64,000 bases of DNA from Candidatus Gottesmanbacteria bacterium (lineage in GTDB: Bacteria; Patescibacteriota; Microgenomatia; UBA10105; UBA927). The DNA lies in contig JAUXTO010000013.1 in assembly GCA_030679255.1 (NCBI GenBank), positions 18,696 through 82,695 on the forward strand, read 5' to 3'. The notes under the pieces were generated by a model. That model did no database searches and was not told where the DNA came from. It saw nothing but the letters and a program-made list of their open reading frames with translations. The translations under genes and the position numbers were made by a program. Shown here piece by piece: positions 8,723-17,026 of this stretch (the stretch's first letter is position 1; every line of letters starts with the position of its first letter).

Positions 8723-8775
8723 TAGCTTTTCCTCGTTTAACAGGCGATCACGAGGGAAAGAACTGGTTAATTCAT
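8722..8775 (-). pseudogene. Relic of GT2 (6566-7297) 5' end
   Basis: Reads MN*PVLSLVIAC/NEEKLL (stop and frameshift) versus [19 protein letters not shown]. Confidence 0.7.
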
Positions 8776-8781
8776 ATTCTG

Positions 8782-9567
8782 CTATTTCGCCAATTCTCCA
8801 AAAAAATCCAACCTATCTGCCTGCTTTTCATCAAAGAGAAACGGCCGGAGTTTAATTTTATACCGCGAAAGCGATGAATATTCCAAGTCAAATTTCTTCC
8901 GTGCTCTATCCATTATATCAACCGGTATATGATTTGTTTTGGCAAAAGTTAGGTCTGGTTTGATCCCACGGGATAGAAGCCAAACGAGATCATATAAATC
9001 GCGAGGTTGGGTTTCCCCTCTTCCTACATACGCTGCTAACTTTTCTACCATCATCTGCTCAAGCGATTTGGTGACAACTGTGGCCAAAAAGCCATAACGA
9101 TTCACGAAAACCGTTTCCCGTATTTGTCCCCGCCAAGAGTATTCAATGTCCAGTTTAATCATCAATTTTTCATCTTTATTAGGACTCAGCTGAAGCTGAG
9201 TGAGTAATCCCGGAAAACGCAATTCGAAATAGCTTCTCTTTATCGTCTTATTTCGATGGAGTTCTACAGTAATATCCTCCTGCTGTAGCCTCTGGAGTAC
9301 GATATTCACGAGTAGGTGTACTTGAGGGGAAGGTATTCCGACCGCATCAAAATCCAAATCCTCGGAAAAGCGGTCAAGTCCGCGTAATATTCGGAGTGCT
9401 GTTCCACCGACAAAAAAAAGGTTTTGAGAAATTTTCTCCTGATAGAGAAACGAGAGAATTTTCGTCTGCAAATACTCCCGCAGAATTGCGCGTCGTTTCT
9501 CCGGGGGCAATCCATACGTCCGGGCAAAACTCAGGATTTCAGTAAAATTGACAATGGCATTATTCAT
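8782..9567 (-). CDS. abiEii: AbiEii-family nucleotidyltransferase toxin #2
   Basis: ILREYLQ, FVGGTAL, RFSEDLDF, EK, PRDLYD; start 9567 overlaps the antitoxin stop (ATGA). Confidence 0.9.
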   Translation of the reverse strand: MNNAIVNFTEILSFARTYGLPPEKRRAILREYLQTKILSFLYQEKISQNLFFVGGTALRILRGLDRFSEDLDFDAVGIPSPQVHLLVNIVLQRLQQEDITVELHRNKTIKRSYFELRFPGLLTQLQLSPNKDEKLMIKLDIEYSWRGQIRETVFVNRYGFLATVVTKSLEQMMVEKLAAYVGRGETQPRDLYDLVWLLSRGIKPDLTFAKTNHIPVDIMDRARKKFDLEYSSLSRYKIKLRPFLFDEKQADRLDFFGELAK

Positions 9568-10118
9568 GACAGTTTTATTTCCTGTATCCACTTCGGAAAA
9601 TGAACGGCATATTCACGGTATCGTTTCCAGTCCCAATCGTTAAGCTGTAAGCGCATTTCCGGTGAAATGCTCCGTATCCGTCGTAAATAAAAGTAATCCA
9701 AAAGCGCCTTTTCTTTGTACGCTATGGCAAACGGCGTTTGAGAGAAACCAAAAAAAAGTGCACGATCAACTTTGAAATAATGATATACCCCAAACCCCGT
9801 TTCAATTTTTTTCGTAGTAACCGGCGTGACACAACTGACCGCCATGGGAATATCCGGGATAATCCCGTAGTAATTGAGTGCTGTTTCCAAACTGACGTAG
9901 GATGGGAAATAGAGTTGTTCGGCCAACGCAAGTTCGTCAATGGTACTTTTGTCAAAACAATATAATCCCCGCTTAAGCTGAGAAATAAACCCCTTTTTTA
10001 CGAAACGGTAGAGCTGGGTCCTGATCGTCGAAGATTGCTCCGCTGGGAAAAGCTTCGCCACATCTAAAATCCGGAAATAATTTCCCTCAATTTGTTTCCT
10101 TAGATCTAAATACCTCAT
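9564..10118 (-). CDS. abiEi: AbiEi-family antitoxin #2
   Basis: LKRGLY, PSYVSLETALNYYGIIP, EKALLD motifs. Confidence 0.87.
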   Translation of the reverse strand: MRYLDLRKQIEGNYFRILDVAKLFPAEQSSTIRTQLYRFVKKGFISQLKRGLYCFDKSTIDELALAEQLYFPSYVSLETALNYYGIIPDIPMAVSCVTPVTTKKIETGFGVYHYFKVDRALFFGFSQTPFAIAYKEKALLDYFYLRRIRSISPEMRLQLNDWDWKRYREYAVHFPKWIQEIKLS

Positions 10119-10120
10119 TA

Positions 10121-10155
10121 ACAGATAATATACAAAAATGTCTATTATTTGTCAA
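10121..10155 (-). promoter_or_regulatory. Promoter with overlapping inverted-repeat operator for abiE operon #2
   Basis: TTGACA-17-TATATT, 8 nt from ATG; ACAGATAATATACA-AAAA-TGTCTATTATTTGT is a 12/14 inverted repeat. Confidence 0.7.
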
Positions 10156-10186
10156 CAACTAAATAGCACCATTTAGTAACAAAATA

Positions 10187-10283
10187 ATTGAGACTCGGTC
10201 ATCCTTATCTGATCAAATGTTACATTACTATACAAAAATGTACAGTATCCTTACATTGATCACAAGGAGATCTTTAAACACAG
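10187..10283. repeat. ~95-bp hairpin element, copy 2
   Basis: TGATCAAATGTTA...TTACATTGATCA; right part identical to copy 1. Confidence 0.85.
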
Positions 10284-10378
10284 CACCATGGAATATGCCC
10301 ATCTTCTTCTAGGACATTTACATCAAATCTTTTTGGCATAAAATCGGACGGCCTCCTTACTTTTTTTGAGACGAATCC

Positions 10379-11098
10379 TCAACTGTTTCGCTCGATCTCC
10401 CTTTCTAAAGCATTACGGAAGTCCCGGATCATCAAAATCTGGCTCTTTGGAAGAAACAGTGACAGCTCTCTGTCAAAACTCAATGTAGTCTTAGATAGTA
10501 ATTGCTTCACTTTATATAACTGTTTTTTTTGGTCAGGTGTAAGTAAATTCGCCCGTAATAAAAAATATATGTCATAAAAATCACGAGCCTTCTGACGGTC
10601 AAATAATGCATGAAACTTACCTTCAATTAAATTGAAGGTAGATAAACTTTTTACGGGATAGAGAGAAACAAAATCATTTTCAACAGTAAATATCTCACCA
10701 GGTACAACATCTTTTCGAAACGATATTTCTAAGTGAATAGTAATAGGCTGACCAATATTTTTAAATAGTACAATACAAAGATAACCACCGCTAGTGGTTT
10801 TACTCTCTTTGATGTCTACCTCAATTCCTTCACGTGAGACATCGATGAGCGTCTCCTGCAAAATGTTTTCCCATATGCCACTGGTATGCACAGTAGTGTC
10901 AAAATCTAAATCCTCAGAAAAACGGGGGCTTCTATAGAGTAGTCGAAGTGCAGTTCCTCCTTTAAAATATAAATCTTTTGCTTCCGGTTTTTGGAAAAGA
11001 TAACTTAAGAGCACATGTTGTCCATATTCCCGATTTATATTTATATCCGGAGTTTGATATTTGATAGCAAGTTTTTGTAAATATGATGAACTAAGCAT
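10379..11098 (-). CDS. abiEii: AbiEii-family nucleotidyltransferase toxin #3
   Basis: REYGQ, FKGGTAL, RFSEDLDF, ARDFYD. Confidence 0.9.
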   Translation of the reverse strand: MLSSSYLQKLAIKYQTPDININREYGQHVLLSYLFQKPEAKDLYFKGGTALRLLYRSPRFSEDLDFDTTVHTSGIWENILQETLIDVSREGIEVDIKESKTTSGGYLCIVLFKNIGQPITIHLEISFRKDVVPGEIFTVENDFVSLYPVKSLSTFNLIEGKFHALFDRQKARDFYDIYFLLRANLLTPDQKKQLYKVKQLLSKTTLSFDRELSLFLPKSQILMIRDFRNALEREIERNS

Positions 11099-11100
11099 AG

Positions 11101-11697
11101 TTATTTATCAAACACCTTGGCTACTAAAGCATTTAGAGATTTACTGGCGAAAAGCTTTGTATATATTTTTACCTTGTTTACATCAACAGTTGATAGGTCA
11201 AGGCGCTCTGACAGTGCTCTTCTCCCGAGTGAAACCGCATAGAGATAATCGACAATAGCTTTTTCCGGATCTGCAATAAAAAATCTTTTATGATCTGCTA
11301 CTTTCATTTCATATCCTGTATATGCACGAAGTTTAATAGTGGTATAGCGAAAACTTTTTGAATCAACCATATATTCCCGGGTAGGCTTCGTGGTAGCTGA
11401 AGTTATGGTGTAGACCATATCAGGTAAAATATTGTAATAAGCAAGTGCAAATTCAAATGATAGATATGAAGGGCGGTAAAGTTGATTAGCGATTTCCAAC
11501 TCAGAAGGTGGGTCAGTTTTCAGATAATACATCCCCCGTTTAGCCTGGATAAATAATCCATTCTCAGTACCTTTTTGGAGATAATACAGTGTTTGTCTGT
11601 TCGATAAAGAAAGCAATACGCCAAACTCCCGCGCTGAAAATATTGGGAGATGCTTGGCTAACAATGTATCTCTTATGCCTAAAAATGATGTTTTCAT
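11101..11697 (-). CDS. abiEi: AbiEi-family antitoxin #3
   Basis: KRGMY, PSYLSFEFALAYYNILP, IADPEKAIVDYLY. Confidence 0.87.
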   Translation of the reverse strand: MKTSFLGIRDTLLAKHLPIFSAREFGVLLSLSNRQTLYYLQKGTENGLFIQAKRGMYYLKTDPPSELEIANQLYRPSYLSFEFALAYYNILPDMVYTITSATTKPTREYMVDSKSFRYTTIKLRAYTGYEMKVADHKRFFIADPEKAIVDYLYAVSLGRRALSERLDLSTVDVNKVKIYTKLFASKSLNALVAKVFDK

Positions 11698-11734
11698 TTC
11701 ATTTATTACTTAAATATAGGTAATTACTGAAATG

Positions 11735-11763
11735 AGTATATCCCACTAGATAGATTTTGTCAA
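11735..11763 (-). promoter_or_regulatory. sigma70-like promoter of abiE operon #3
   Basis: TTGACA-17-TATACT. Confidence 0.7.
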
Positions 11764-11835
11764 CTATATCCATGCCTTGACAAAAAAACCAGACAGGCAC
11801 GCTTTTTTCGTTTCATAGTCCTATGAAGTCGTTTG

Positions 11836-11894
11836 CCCGTAGAAACTTTTCTTCATTGTGGGCAGGCGATGATGTGAGGGAGATCCGATTTCTT
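11836..11894 (-). pseudogene. Relic of GT2 5' end
   Basis: Reads KKSDLPHIIAC/HNEEKFLR (frameshifted); DNA TTTTCTTCATTGTGGGCAGGCGATGATG resembles 7248-7274. Confidence 0.7.
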
Positions 11895-11931
11895 GAATAA
11901 ATTCGATGTCATCTAAAACTTGACTCACCGT

Positions 11932-13221
11932 TTATTCTCTTGAGAGAGTAGTCGAAAGCCACTTCCATAATGGTGTGTAAATGATTTCTATACCATTCAT
12001 AATACTAACCCCTTCCACGTCCCATGTAATCAATTGCCCGGATGATTGACCAAGCGATTTGGCAGCCTTTATAAGTGCCCTCGTCTCCCGTTCCGGTACT
12101 TCAGGCATGCTTGAAGCGAACGTTACCTGTATAAGTTCCTTTACGGTTTTATTATGCAATAGAACAAAATCAACTTCGTGATCTGAATAATCTTTCCAGT
12201 ACGCCACGTCATATCGGGGATCCCACGTGCTTCGTATATGTAATGCATGGAATACAGCCTGCTCCATCATGTATCCAAAATTTGTTGATACCGTGCTACT
12301 GAAATGAGAGGAAAAATAATTATCTACCAGATACGACTTCTTCACTGTTTGTATTCTTTTTTTTACATTTGCAGAAAATACCTCAAGACGGGCAATAAAA
12401 AATGACCACTCCAGCCAGTGCATGTATCGAATAACGGTCGCTTTACTTATTGCGTGTCCCGTCCCCTTGAGAGAGTTTGCTAATTTGGAATATGTATAGC
12501 TTCTCGTATTCGGCAACAAGCGTAATAAATCAGTAAACGCCTCTTTATTGCGCAGCTTATACCGGTCTACTATATCCCGATCTACAAAAGAAGAAAAGTA
12601 ATCCGCCAAAATGAGCGGCCGCAACCCTTCCTCTGCAAGCACTATCTCCGGCAGACCGCCAAACAATAGATATTCACGTAAAAGATTAAGAACGTGAGCA
12701 TGGGACACGCTCTGTATATCTACATCACGGAAACGCAAAAATTCATTCCAGTTCAAAGGAAACATGGGAATTGTAATGGTTTGTCCTCGAAGTTCTGTGG
12801 GAATCTCGCGCGAGGAAAGTTTTGAAGACGAACCGGAAAGAACAAGCCGGTGCTGTGTCGTCTCGTTTATTCGCCGTGCCCACATACTCCACTGGGGTAT
12901 CTCCTGTATCTCATCCATTAAAAGTACAAATGACTGGTTACCTTTTAGTTCCGTAAGTAAATCGGGAAGCATACTCAAAATCTCTGTTTTTTTCGGTACG
13001 CGCTCATCCTCAAAGTTTATATAGACACAACGTTCTTTCCCGTATTTTTGCGCAAAATCAAGAAGGCTGAATGTCTTCCCCACTCGTCTAAAACCGACGA
13101 CGGATACAATTTTTCGGACGTTAGGATCAAAATATGAGACTAAATTCACATCACGGGATTTTATTACGGGTAAGGGATTATTCCACCAATTCCTCACGAG
13201 GTCATTCAAAAGTTGTTTCAT
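11932..13221 (-). CDS. AAA_14 ATPase with C-terminal DUF4143 / PD-(D/E)xK-like domain
   Basis: Walker A GFRRVGKT, YINFEDER, Walker B LMDEIQ, SGSSS, LRGQ, GGLPE, EVDFV...IQV; ATG 13221 preferred. Confidence 0.88.
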   Translation of the reverse strand: MKQLLNDLVRNWWNNPLPVIKSRDVNLVSYFDPNVRKIVSVVGFRRVGKTFSLLDFAQKYGKERCVYINFEDERVPKKTEILSMLPDLLTELKGNQSFVLLMDEIQEIPQWSMWARRINETTQHRLVLSGSSSKLSSREIPTELRGQTITIPMFPLNWNEFLRFRDVDIQSVSHAHVLNLLREYLLFGGLPEIVLAEEGLRPLILADYFSSFVDRDIVDRYKLRNKEAFTDLLRLLPNTRSYTYSKLANSLKGTGHAISKATVIRYMHWLEWSFFIARLEVFSANVKKRIQTVKKSYLVDNYFSSHFSSTVSTNFGYMMEQAVFHALHIRSTWDPRYDVAYWKDYSDHEVDFVLLHNKTVKELIQVTFASSMPEVPERETRALIKAAKSLGQSSGQLITWDVEGVSIMNGIEIIYTPLWKWLSTTLSRE

Positions 13222-13261
13222 AATCGAATGTCTATGATACAATATTCATTAATCCTGTATT

Positions 13262-13290
13262 ATAGTATCAATTCTACACACGATTGTCAA
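13262..13290 (-). promoter_or_regulatory. sigma70-like promoter of the ATPase
   Basis: TTGACA-17-TACTAT; 9/10 inverted repeat CTATGATACA/TGTATTATAG just downstream. Confidence 0.6.
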
Positions 13291-13297
13291 TAATCCC

Positions 13298-13371
13298 AAC
13301 GTTCTCCCCCAGAAGCTTTTCTTCGTTATAGCAGGCGATGAGAGAGAGGTCAACGTGCTTCATTCGTTAAA
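13298..13371 (-). pseudogene. Relic of GT2 5' end including its upstream junction
   Basis: MKHVDLSL-IACYNEEKLLGENV versus [23 protein letters not shown]; shares CTTCATTCGTTAAA with 7292-7305. Confidence 0.85.
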
Positions 13372-13380
13372 TCTTTCTAT

Positions 13381-13667
13381 TTGGTCGCATATTTCAGAGC
13401 AGAATACAATTTGGCGCCACTATATCCTGCAACTTGTTGTGATAAATCCGAAACCAAATAAACAGTTTGACGGGAATTTTTACCTATGGATAACGATTTT
13501 ATATACCCCATATCACCCTGAGGTGTAAATTATTTCCATTTCCACGTCAAGAGAATCTATTTAAAATTGAGACTTAGTCGTCCTTATATGATCAAGTGTT
13601 AGCTTACTATACATAAATGTACATTATCGTGACACTGATCACACGAAAATCTTTCCATGTAGTAGCT
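13381..13667. repeat. ~290-bp direct repeat, copy 2 (truncated abiEi #1 duplicate, promoter and hairpin element copy 3 at 13566-13662)
   Basis: Near-identical to 8441-8727; -35 box changed from TTGACA to TTGACG. Confidence 0.9.
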
Positions 13668-13669
13668 AG

Positions 13670-13714
13670 TCTTCATTGTAGCAGGCGGTGATGAGAGAGA
13701 TCCGATTTCTTCAT
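13670..13714 (-). pseudogene. Relic of GT2 5' end
   Basis: ATGAAGAAATCGGATCTCTCTCATCACCGCCTGCTACAATGAAG = MKKSDLS/LITACYNE with a 2-bp deletion. Confidence 0.75.
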
Positions 13715-13884
13715 TTGACCGATTGTAACATACGACCAAATCCAAATTGTTCGTTAATAATTCCATACTTCAGATATTTACAATAATCATCTATCTTTAT
13801 TTGACTATGATATCATACCGTGGCTCATCAGCTAACAATGATTTCCGTTCTTTATTATTTTCTTGTTTGCATTACAATTCTTGT

Positions 13885-14781
13885 ATGAGAGAATATTTCC
13901 GAAAGATAGGCATACATAAACCTAATTTCCTTCTTTGCATGGATTTTGAGACAGCAATATCTTCACGAAAAATACACCAAGAAAACTTCAGTATCAATAA
14001 ATTGCGGGATTTGGATAACGGTGACACACTCAAAGCGCTTGAAACCATTTTAAATATTTTAAAAAAATACAATCAAACCATTACGTTTTTTATTGTTTTC
14101 AAGCTGGAAAAAATTTATCCTGGTATTATAAATAAAATTCTTTCTCACGGACATGAGGTCGGGTGGCACGGATACTCGCACTCTTTTCTAAACGATAAAT
14201 TTATACTTAAAAAAGAACTTGACGAATCATATTCTCTTATAAAAAAATATAATATACAGGGTTTTCAAGCTCCTAATATTACTTTTTTTAAGGCTGGATA
14301 TCCTCTTTTAAAGAGATACGGACTGCGCTATTCTTCATCAATTTACGGTAATTCATCAGCTCTATATAATTTTGATGGAATTCTGGAAATTCCTGTGTCC
14401 GTTTCAAACAGCTCTCATGATCCCGACCCGAAAGAAATATCATTTCCTGTCAATCTTTCACCAGTTAATTTACTTAAATTGGGAATCCCTTTTGGATCAA
14501 GTTATTTCTGGAGTCTATTAGGGCATAAATATTATTCAAAAAAACTTGACATTGCGAAAAAAGAGAATAGAACCGTAAATCTTTTTATACATAACTGGCA
14601 GTTATATTCATCTAATAGATTGAATAAAATACGGACTGACGAAAGGATCGGCCTTTTTGCCAATCCCCTCTTTTATCCGTATAAGATAAATGTCATGAAT
14701 ATGTTTGAAAATCTTCTCTCAAAGTATAAATTTACCAGATGTATCGACTACATCAAAATGATAAAAAGCTATGAAAAATAA
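13885..14781 (+). CDS. Polysaccharide deacetylase (CE4/NodB-like)
   Basis: MDFE, TFFIV, GHEVGWHGYSH, GFQAP, YSSS, EIPVS, FIHNW motifs; start uncertain. Confidence 0.82.
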   Translation: MREYFRKIGIHKPNFLLCMDFETAISSRKIHQENFSINKLRDLDNGDTLKALETILNILKKYNQTITFFIVFKLEKIYPGIINKILSHGHEVGWHGYSHSFLNDKFILKKELDESYSLIKKYNIQGFQAPNITFFKAGYPLLKRYGLRYSSSIYGNSSALYNFDGILEIPVSVSNSSHDPDPKEISFPVNLSPVNLLKLGIPFGSSYFWSLLGHKYYSKKLDIAKKENRTVNLFIHNWQLYSSNRLNKIRTDERIGLFANPLFYPYKINVMNMFENLLSKYKFTRCIDYIKMIKSYEK

Positions 14782-15586
14782 GCGTCTTTACTTTGTTCTG
14801 GCTGACGAAAATCTATTTCATCCCCATTACTTATCCAGCGTAATAAACAATCTTCCTACTGACTGGAAAGTGACAGGAATAACCGTGCTAAAAGAACATT
14901 ATAAAAAAGGGTTTATTTTCTATCTATTTCGGCAATATTCACTGTGGGGTTTACTGGGTTTTGTTTCACTCACACTCGCGACAATGTTGAAAACATTATT
15001 GAATATATTAAAACTGACAAACGAGTCATCCATTGAGAGAGTTGCTGTCAGAAATAATATACCTTTGATAAAAATCGACAATGTAAATAATAGTAGACAT
15101 CTTAGTTACCTAAAGACTAAACACATTGATATTTTAATTTCCTCATGCGGACAGATATTTAAAGCTGAAATATTGAAAGTTCCGAAAATAGCCTGTATAA
15201 ACCGCCATACAGGATTATTGCCCAAATACGGAGGTTCTCTTCCTGTTTTTTGGGCAATGTATAACAATGAAAAAAAATTCGGTGTTAGTGTTCATATTAT
15301 GGTTGAGAAAATTGATGAGGGGGACGTGATTTCACAGGAAGTTATAGAAAATAAAGACGGAAATACCTTATTCACTAATTATGTTTTCGGATTCAAGTGG
15401 AGTGTCACAGCAACTCTAACTGCTTTACATAACATTACTACAGGAAAATTTGAAAAACGTTTCAATCCGAAAGAGAAACTGTATTTTCGCTTTCCTGAAG
15501 TTGAAACCATACGGGATTTCAGAAAAAAACACATAACTTTCTCTGTATCGGATGCTACATATCTCTTCACTAGTATCCTTCGTTGA
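14771..15586 (+). CDS. Formyltransferase-fold protein
   Basis: CINRHTGLLPKYGGSLPVFW, GVSVH, IDEGDVI. Confidence 0.82.
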   Translation: MKNKRLYFVLADENLFHPHYLSSVINNLPTDWKVTGITVLKEHYKKGFIFYLFRQYSLWGLLGFVSLTLATMLKTLLNILKLTNESSIERVAVRNNIPLIKIDNVNNSRHLSYLKTKHIDILISSCGQIFKAEILKVPKIACINRHTGLLPKYGGSLPVFWAMYNNEKKFGVSVHIMVEKIDEGDVISQEVIENKDGNTLFTNYVFGFKWSVTATLTALHNITTGKFEKRFNPKEKLYFRFPEVETIRDFRKKHITFSVSDATYLFTSILR

Positions 15587-15599
15587 AAATGGACAAAGA

Positions 15600-15744
15600 G
15601 AAACTTTCTGCCTCTTGAACCATGCCTCCTGCTTCAATCGCTAAACCGCTCGTATCTAAAAACATTCCATTGTTGTTGCGCAGATCTCTCGCCCAGTCCA
15701 GATCGTCTTTTACGATAGGCCGAAGCGATATCTTCGTAACTCAT
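15600..15744 (-). pseudogene. Frameshifted remnant of a GNAT (PseH/RimJ-like) N-acetyltransferase 5' end
   Basis: KISLRPIVKDDLDWARDLRNNN.MFLDT, then shifted frame KQEAWFKRQK, matching the LRP..DDL...RN...WF pattern of GNAT N-termini. Confidence 0.45.
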
Positions 15745-15819
15745 AACAATAGTAACGCCTGGTTATACTCTAACGATCATGATTCTGGTACAATCGCCCC
15801 TAGGGCAGTCATCAATGCT

Positions 15820-17019
15820 ATGAAAAATATCTGGAAATTCCATGTGTTTACCGCAGAACTTCCATACGAAAAAGACCAAATTGTTACTCTGTTTCTACGT
15901 GAACGATTTGAGAGAGTTGATTCATTCATTATGAGTTTAGGACAAATGTCCACCTTGCCGCCAAGCAAGCTATCTACATACCTCAGAGGGAAACTTGTGA
16001 ACGAAAAAACATATACTAAAAACGATCTTAACACTGAAGGCCTCAAACTCTATTTTATCTATATTCCGAAAGCACTCCTATCAGTGATACTTGACATGCT
16101 TCGAGCACTCAAAACCATCAACTTTACCTGTGACATTTTCTTTGCCCAACATTTCTTGGCTGCGTTTGTTGCAATAATCCTTAAAAAAACTGGTTTTCTC
16201 CACTGCCAAAAAATTATTTTTTGGATGTTTGATTTCTTTCCTGTTCCCCCAGAGTTTCCTCGAGGCCTCTATTATCGGGGAATGGATGCAATACACGGAT
16301 TTATTCGAAAACATCTAGATGAAATTTGGTATGCTACCCCAAGACTCTTGGAATGTGATAAAGAACGATTTGGCCCGCTTCCAAAATCTGTACAAGTTCG
16401 TCTCACGCATGGGTGTTTTTTCAGGAGAATCCCAACGCCAAAACCGCCCACCCCGCCCCCGCTTCGTCTGGCATTCCTTGGCTCAATCCGTCGCAACAAC
16501 GCAATATATGAAACCATTGATACCGTCCGCAATTGTATTGACCACGGCATGGATGTAGAGCTTCACATCATCGGATCTGGACCGGAAGAAATCCGCGTAA
16601 AAGAATACGTAAAACGCTATGCGTTATCCCATGCTATAACATTTTATGGCTTTGAGGATCGGGGTGAAAAAATTTCTAAAATTTTATCGAAATGTCATCT
16701 TGGTTTAGCGTTATACTCGGCCGATCCATATGGGCCGAACTGGTACCTAACATCAGGAAAATTTAGGCGCTACATAAGCCAATATCTGCCAGTTATTACC
16801 ACATCCGTTCCATATTTTGCAAAGTATATCCATGATTATCACGCGGGGCTAATTGTCGATAACGATTCTGATGAGATAAGACGGACACTCCTGCCAATCT
16901 ACAACAATCCTTCACTCCTTAACAATATGCGCTCCGGCGTGGATAAGCTGTATGATATGTACAAAGCTGATACAATATTAGAGAAAGCCTTCCGTGACAT
17001 GCTCTCTGCTAAAAGATGA
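15820..17019 (+). CDS. GT4-like glycosyltransferase
   Basis: AFLGSI, LHIIGSGPEE, FYGF, GKFRRY..LPVITT; ATG 15820 preferred over the long extension. Confidence 0.75.
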   Translation: MKNIWKFHVFTAELPYEKDQIVTLFLRERFERVDSFIMSLGQMSTLPPSKLSTYLRGKLVNEKTYTKNDLNTEGLKLYFIYIPKALLSVILDMLRALKTINFTCDIFFAQHFLAAFVAIILKKTGFLHCQKIIFWMFDFFPVPPEFPRGLYYRGMDAIHGFIRKHLDEIWYATPRLLECDKERFGPLPKSVQVRLTHGCFFRRIPTPKPPTPPPLRLAFLGSIRRNNAIYETIDTVRNCIDHGMDVELHIIGSGPEEIRVKEYVKRYALSHAITFYGFEDRGEKISKILSKCHLGLALYSADPYGPNWYLTSGKFRRYISQYLPVITTSVPYFAKYIHDYHAGLIVDNDSDEIRRTLLPIYNNPSLLNNMRSGVDKLYDMYKADTILEKAFRDMLSAKR

Positions 17020-17026
17020 AATCATC

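Larger units (their letters stand above)
8441..8727. repeat. ~290-bp direct repeat, copy 1 (abiEi 5' end + promoter + hairpin element)
   Basis: Aligns without gaps to 13381-13667; about 10 mismatches in the first 190 bp by manual comparison. Confidence 0.9.

Noticed and set aside
8656-8877. 73-aa plus-strand ORF as a small TA component
   Set aside because: It spans the hairpin element, the GT2 relic and the antisense end of abiEii; the other element copies do not preserve it
10284-10378. Expected fifth GT2 relic after abiEii #3
   Set aside because: No similarity found; only a short ORF (MPKRFDVNVLEEDGHIPW) after an AAGGAGG, so the cassette pattern is not perfect at this junction
11773-11827. 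Small inverted repeats (TGCCT/AGGCA; TTCATAG-TC-CTATGAA) as terminator or recombination site
   Set aside because: Arms of only 5-7 bp and single copy; not distinguishable from chance
7229-13714. Canonical integron with attC sites
   Set aside because: No IntI; the hairpin element lacks outer RYYYAAC/GTTRRRY boxes; the cassettes carry their own promoters
15622-15819. Long N-terminal extension of the GT4 (and similar extensions at 766, 13747, 20993, 27501, 34747, 43266, 52875, 59723)
   Set aside because: The extensions overlap upstream genes, repeats or a pseudogene; downstream ATGs fit family N-termini and stop/start coupling
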